From Pyrinomonadaceae bacterium (GTDB lineage Bacteria > Acidobacteriota > Blastocatellia > Pyrinomonadales > Pyrinomonadaceae), in the NCBI GenBank assembly GCA_035274235.1, contig DATEOJ010000205.1, positions 1-46,675 on the forward strand: DNA of 46,675 nt. Direction: 5' to 3'. How positions within the stretch are numbered: the stretch's first letter is position 1; every line of letters starts with the position of its first letter. This document shows positions 42,319 through 46,675 of this stretch, piece after piece. The notes beneath the pieces are model-generated. The model was given only the letters and a program-made list of their open reading frames with translations, was not told the DNA's origin and made no database searches. The position numbers were made by a program, and so were the translations under genes.

Positions 42319-45300
42319 TTACGGGTTGTTATTCCCACCCTTTAGCTTCGTCTGAACCTGATCCGAGTTATTCACCAGAGTCGGATCGGCTGTCGAACTA
42401 ACAACCGACGCGTTGTTGGTAATGTTGCTAACACTGCCCTGCGTCTGGATGTCGATGGTGAACGAGGCAGCCTGACCGGCCGGCAACGCACCCACGACGG
42501 TGCAAACAATAGTGTGTGTCGGCTCGTTGTAAGCACAGTTCTGCGAGACGAAGATGACCTTGATCTTCTTTGGGTCAAGCGGGAGCGTGTCGGTCACAAC
42601 GACATTTTGTGCGTCGGATGGACCGCCGGTACCGCAAGACAGCGGGTCATCAGCTTCGCAACCCGGTCTGTTGTAGACGGTCAACGTATAGCGAACCGCC
42701 TTTGACGGGTTACCCGTAAGGATCTGAGCGGTCTTGTCGATCCAGATCTCCGCCTGCGCGTTGACGAGCGTCGGTTCCGTGTCGGTATTGTTAGCACCGA
42801 CCGGGTCCGGGGTCGTCGACGTCACCGCCGAGGTGTTATTGATCAACGTACCATGCGGTACCGACGACGCGACCAGCGTCTGTAGTGTGATGACGCGGAT
42901 ACCACCGTTGGCAATGTCACCCAGACTGCACTGGACGACAGTTGGCGTGCCACCAAGCGCCGAACACGTACCACCGCCACCGCTGATCGACGCGCTGACG
43001 AAACTCACTCCTGCGGGCAGCGTGTCGGTGACGGACACGTTACGAGCCCACGAGGGTCCAAGGTTGGTGACCGTCAGGACGTACGTTAGATTCGCTCCGG
43101 CCAGGACCGGATCCGGCGAATCTGTCTTGGTGATGCTCAGATCCGCGCTCGCGATCACCGGTGTGGTCGTCGTCGCGAGATTGTTGGAGTTGTTATTGTC
43201 GGCCGTGTCGCTCGACACGGTAGCATTGTTAGTGATCACCTCGCCCGCTCCCACACTTGGATTGACAAGCGCAACGATCGTCATGGTTCGCACGTCACCG
43301 TTAGCCATCGTACCGAAATTGCACGTTGTCGGAACGCTGGCGGGTATACCAGAGTTGCAGGTTGCTCCGCCACTCCCGACAACTGATACGACACTGAGTG
43401 TGGCCGGCAACAGGTCACTGGCGACTACGTTGGTTGCTGCTGACGGCCCGTTGTTGGTGACCGTTATCGTGTAAGTAAGGTTTGTCCCCGCGACTACAGG
43501 ATTCGGACTCGCGGACTTTTCGATCGCGAGATCCGCCGCGGCGATAAAGACCAAACTGCCCGTGTCCTGGTTATTGCCAGGGTCGCTGTCTGCGGATTCA
43601 CTCGTGACAGTTGCTGTGTCAGTTACCGTCTGCGGATTTAGAGCAGTCACATCGACATTAACCAGGACAGTTTCGTTCGCGGCGAGTCGGCCGAGGTTGC
43701 ACGTGACGGTTCCGGTGTTCACCTGCGGGTTCGGAGTCGACGTGCACGATCCCTTGGTTGTAGTTGCAGGCGACGGGAACGAAAAGCTGCCGCTGCTCAG
43801 GTAGTGATCCGTCAACTGGACGTCGAGCATCGCGTTCGGCCCAAAGTTGGTGACACTAACTTGGCAGGAACCAGTCTGACCGACAAACAAGGGCGACGCC
43901 ACACAGGTTTTCTCAACTGCCAGATCTCCGCCAGTGAGTTCGTTGAAGGTCAGCTCGACTGCGCGGATTCCCCAAAAACCTCCTTCGGCCTCGCCCGGTC
44001 CGACGTCTACATTCCCGGCGTCCTGCGCCGTGTACTCCTGAAAGATCCAGAAGGTGCCCGGGTCAGACGGATCGACAACTGTGGCGCTGTAATCGCCCCA
44101 GCGGTTGCGTTCGCTGCATCCCGGTGGCGTACAGAAATCGCGATAGTAGGTTCCCGATCCGGCGAAGACGATCGCCGACGGCTGGAATGTCGTCACACCG
44201 CCGGCGGTCGTTCCGACGGATGCGCAAACACTTGCGGCGAGATTCGGTCCCGAGCAGGTGTAGCCGATCACGACGTGGCCGGCGTTGTTGACCGCGATCG
44301 AGGGTTCGTGAAAGTCCACATTGGGATCCTCGATCACTCCTGTTTGCTGGACGGTGTTCGTGGCCTCGTTGATCTGGTACCAGCGAATACCCGAGTTTGT
44401 CCCGGCGGCCGGGCCTTCAACCGCGTGTGCGGCCCAAATGCTCCCGCCGACAACGATGACATTGCCAACGAAGCGCGGAGCTACATTCTCGAGGTCTTCA
44501 CTGTCGCCAGGATCACTGTCTTGCGGTTGCCGGGCGGCTGAGGGCGCCGCATGACCCGGATCGCCCGCGATCGCAACGTCAGCACCAAGCGTCGCTCCTG
44601 CGCCTGTGGCACCAAATATGTTCGAACGTCGCAACGCCGTACCGGTCGAGCCCAGCAGAGGCGCACGACCGATCGACAATCCGCGATTAACAGCGGGTTG
44701 CCAACTGCCGGCGACTGCGGGTAACCCCGCCGGTGTTGCTTCAAAGCTCGTCAGGTTAGCCGCCGTTGGAGCTGCGAGTAAAAGGTCCGCTTTCGGAATC
44801 GAATAACAGGACTCGTTGCCGCCGCCGTCAAAGTCCTGAGTACAACTGTATAGTCCATCAGCGTCGACACCGAGAGTCGGATAATCATGAAACTCAAGAG
44901 CTCCGACTGAATCGGCATTGAACGTAACGCCGTCCCAATCGCCGGTCGGATCGTTGGTGTCCGACCTTGCGACGAAGAAGTTATTTGCTGCCTCGTTGGT
45001 GCCGTCATTATCGGCGTCGATGGTGTTGTCGATCGAGATCGCGAACCACCGTCCGCTCGACGGGTCGAAAATTATCCGAGGATCGAAGCGCCCGGTGTTG
45101 ATGATGCCGAGCCCGACGCGATTGGTCCAAAAAGCGTCAAGCGACATGCTCTGTATCGATGCGCCTGTCGTTTTGTTGATGATCTCGAAATTGCCGTTGA
45201 TCATCTCGACTATATGATTTGGCCCAACGGCTGCCATGGTGTCGGGAGGAATAAACGTACTGCCTCGAGTCGCCTCGAATAGGCGACTTATCTCGACGTT

Positions 45301-45654
45301 CAGTCCTACACTGACGATTCCGCCGATCTGAGGTAGCGCTTGTTCTTCCCTAGTTCGTTCTTTTAAGGACCATTCCGGTCTTGGCGGAGCCGGCATGACC
45401 TGGTCCGACGCCGTCGCTTGTCCGGGTGTTGACCTGTCTTCGAGCTGCTGCTGCTGCTGCTGCGACGTGCTGGTGACAGCTACAAGGATTACTAAAGACA
45501 GTACTGGCAGCAAGCGACGAAGTGTCCATGTTGCTCTTAGGGAATCGAATGTCTTCGCGACTTCGTCACGAGTGATCCGACGGATAAATGTTCGAATATG
45601 TACCGGTGGTTGAGACGATGCGTCGTTCGACGATCGAAGTGGAAAGTGAGCCAT
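42319..45654 (-). CDS. large secreted surface protein: ~550-aa N-terminal beta-rich domain plus 4-5 DUF11 (conserved repeat domain) modules
   Basis: 1111 aa with SD GGAGG and an N-terminal anchor/signal (LLPVLSLVILVAVTS) followed by Q6. DUF11-type motifs are LTYTITVTNNGPSAATNV, LTYVLTVTNLGPSWARNV, CQVSVTNFGPNAMLDV and VRYTLTVYNRPG. Confidence 0.7.
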   Translation of the reverse strand: MAHFPLRSSNDASSQPPVHIRTFIRRITRDEVAKTFDSLRATWTLRRLLPVLSLVILVAVTSTSQQQQQQLEDRSTPGQATASDQVMPAPPRPEWSLKERTREEQALPQIGGIVSVGLNVEISRLFEATRGSTFIPPDTMAAVGPNHIVEMINGNFEIINKTTGASIQSMSLDAFWTNRVGLGIINTGRFDPRIIFDPSSGRWFAISIDNTIDADNDGTNEAANNFFVARSDTNDPTGDWDGVTFNADSVGALEFHDYPTLGVDADGLYSCTQDFDGGGNESCYSIPKADLLLAAPTAANLTSFEATPAGLPAVAGSWQPAVNRGLSIGRAPLLGSTGTALRRSNIFGATGAGATLGADVAIAGDPGHAAPSAARQPQDSDPGDSEDLENVAPRFVGNVIVVGGSIWAAHAVEGPAAGTNSGIRWYQINEATNTVQQTGVIEDPNVDFHEPSIAVNNAGHVVIGYTCSGPNLAASVCASVGTTAGGVTTFQPSAIVFAGSGTYYRDFCTPPGCSERNRWGDYSATVVDPSDPGTFWIFQEYTAQDAGNVDVGPGEAEGGFWGIRAVELTFNELTGGDLAVEKTCVASPLFVGQTGSCQVSVTNFGPNAMLDVQLTDHYLSSGSFSFPSPATTTKGSCTSTPNPQVNTGTVTCNLGRLAANETVLVNVDVTALNPQTVTDTATVTSESADSDPGNNQDTGSLVFIAAADLAIEKSASPNPVVAGTNLTYTITVTNNGPSAATNVVASDLLPATLSVVSVVGSGGATCNSGIPASVPTTCNFGTMANGDVRTMTIVALVNPSVGAGEVITNNATVSSDTADNNNSNNLATTTTPVIASADLSITKTDSPDPVLAGANLTYVLTVTNLGPSWARNVSVTDTLPAGVSFVSASISGGGGTCSALGGTPTVVQCSLGDIANGGIRVITLQTLVASSVPHGTLINNTSAVTSTTPDPVGANNTDTEPTLVNAQAEIWIDKTAQILTGNPSKAVRYTLTVYNRPGCEADDPLSCGTGGPSDAQNVVVTDTLPLDPKKIKVIFVSQNCAYNEPTHTIVCTVVGALPAGQAASFTIDIQTQGSVSNITNNASVVSSTADPTLVNNSDQVQTKLKGGNNNP

Positions 45655-46014
45655 TCTAAACCTCCTCTGCGGGGGTGAGGCGGTTTCAACTTCGGCAGTA
45701 CAACTCCGCCAAAAGCTGCGACCGGTCTAGTTGTTGGGTGAACGCGGGCATTCTATCAGGTAAACGTGGGAAGTCAATTTAATTCTTTAAACAAGAACAA
45801 CCGAGTTTTGCATGCCGTTGCGTACACGCCGAGATCTCGTATGCCTTTGCGTCGACACGGGTCGGCACTCGGCGACTTCACGAGTCAGATATCTCGCTTG
45901 CGCTTGTGACGCTTCTCTGCGAACGAATTTGCACGCGATCGCTCGCGCTGCGGATCGGCGTAACAGCCGGCAGCATTTAGAGAGCCTCGGGGCGGAACCG
46001 TTAGTTCCGGCGGA

Positions 46015-46064
46015 CGACAAACTTTAGTTTGTCGCTTCCGGGAGCGAACAAACTAAAGTTTGTT
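46015..46064. repeat. two adjacent perfect palindromes sharing the core ACAAACT-NN-AGTTTGT
   Basis: CGACAAACT-TT-AGTTTGTCG (46015-46034) and AACAAACT-AA-AGTTTGTT (46047-46064). Each is preceded by TTCCGG(C/G). Confidence 0.7.
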
Positions 46065-46074
46065 TTCCGAACGT

Positions 46075-46103
46075 AAAAAGCCCGCGATCGCTCGCGGGCT
46101 TTT
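46075..46103 (-). terminator. Rho-independent terminator of the radical SAM gene
   Basis: The minus strand reads AAAAGCCCGCGA-GCGA-TCGCGGGCTTTTT, 29 nt after the stop at 46132. Confidence 0.75.
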
Positions 46104-46131
46104 CTACTGACTTCTGAATTCTGGCTTCTGA

Positions 46132-46675
46132 CTATTCAGCCACCGCCATTTCCTTGTCCTTCGACTTCTTCAAACCACCGATCTGGACGAGGTTGTCGCC
46201 CTTGATCTGGTTTTTCTCGAGGACCATCTGGTTGTAGAGTTTGCGCATCATCTGCATCTCTTCAGCAGCGGTCTTCGGACCTTCCATCTCCGGTTTGTTC
46301 GGACGTGTAAGGTCAACCTGGTTCAGCACGAGGTTGTGCGACTGATCGCCGAGTTCAACTTCCTTGCCGCGTGCGAAAACTTCGTGACGGCCGTGATCTT
46401 TGTACCACTGTGCGACGGTCGCGTTCTGGTGCATGTGCTCGATGATATTTCTCCAACCGATACCAGTGTTGTATGCACAGAACGAGATCTCGCCTTCCTG
46501 CGTGCCGTACGGGATGATGCACATCTCGGTGCGGCGGAAGTCGTAGTTGAAAAGATCCTGGAACCACATGCCTGCGATGAACAGGAAGTTCCACGGGTCC
46601 TGACGACGCTTCTCGATATCTTCAGCGGTACGATCCGGACCAACCTTTCCGTAGTCCTTACCCGACAGACCAAAT
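46132..46675 (-). CDS. radical SAM protein, COG1964 / tetraether-synthase (Tes)-like family, C-terminal fragment (gene continues beyond the right edge)
   Basis: The frame is open from the window edge to stop 46132. The motif FIAGMWFQDLFNYDFRRTEMCIIPYGTQEGEISFCAYNTGIGWRNIIE matches the C-terminal signature I associate with COG1964 radical SAM enzymes. Confidence 0.6.
   Translation of the reverse strand, partial: FGLSGKDYGKVGPDRTAEDIEKRRQDPWNFLFIAGMWFQDLFNYDFRRTEMCIIPYGTQEGEISFCAYNTGIGWRNIIEHMHQNATVAQWYKDHGRHEVFARGKEVELGDQSHNLVLNQVDLTRPNKPEMEGPKTAAEEMQMMRKLYNQMVLEKNQIKGDNLVQIGGLKKSKDKEMAVAE

Noticed and set aside
42734-44541. 245-246-aa + ORFs inside the DUF11 gene; likewise 9588..10376 and 11109..11816 inside the anti-sigma gene
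   Set aside because: These are long antisense ORFs typical of GC-biased third positions. The opposite frames carry clear domain repeats.
45787-46027. 77-aa (-) and 71-aa (+) ORFs in the DUF11 upstream region
   Set aside because: They are mutually antisense and Arg-rich, with no SD. The region is better explained as a regulatory leader containing repeats.

Overview
This 46.7-kb chromosomal segment holds about 45 protein genes (mostly minus strand) and one tRNA-Pro(CGG). I found no rRNA, CRISPR array, transposase or integrase. Gene content and style suggest a soil Acidobacteriota-like bacterium, but that is inference only because no searches were run. Recognisable genes include a GT28 MGDG-synthase-like glycosyltransferase, a SolA/MSOX-type oxidase and a tightly overlapping ATPase-permease-ATPase-permease-lipoprotein ABC-2 operon. 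An ECF sigma / 919-aa zinc-finger FecR anti-sigma pair follows, then the string rpsU-surE-pcm-[four-helix-bundle ORF]-dedA-tRNA-Pro. Further on are a 1247-aa HEAT-repeat protein, a threonine dehydratase, a Lys/Ala-repeat histone-H1-like protein, an alpha/beta hydrolase, a patatin-like lipase and a TMEM175 channel. The right half adds an amidohydrolase, VOC, SDR and ArsR genes, a 1111-aa DUF11-repeat surface protein and the 3' end of a COG1964/Tes-like radical SAM gene. The main signal not explained by ordinary annotation is a set of long, low-complexity, mostly short-period (7-9 nt) inverted repeats that occupy most or all of at least eight intergenic spacers. Each has a different sequence but the same architecture. 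One pair (30/32 match) boxes a four-helix-bundle (23S-rRNA-IVS-protein / Avd-fold) ORF and exactly fills the pcm-dedA spacer. That is the architecture of rRNA intervening sequences, here placed in an mRNA operon. Other oddities are a secreted Gly/Gln-Arg-repeat/Tyr-rich 582-aa protein, a small secreted Arg/Tyr-rich protein, a secreted kinase-like protein and a methyltransferase interrupted by an in-frame TGA-TGA. Twin palindromes lie upstream of the DUF11 gene. All calls rest on manual reading and motif memory. Coordinates of hairpins may be off by 1-2 nt.
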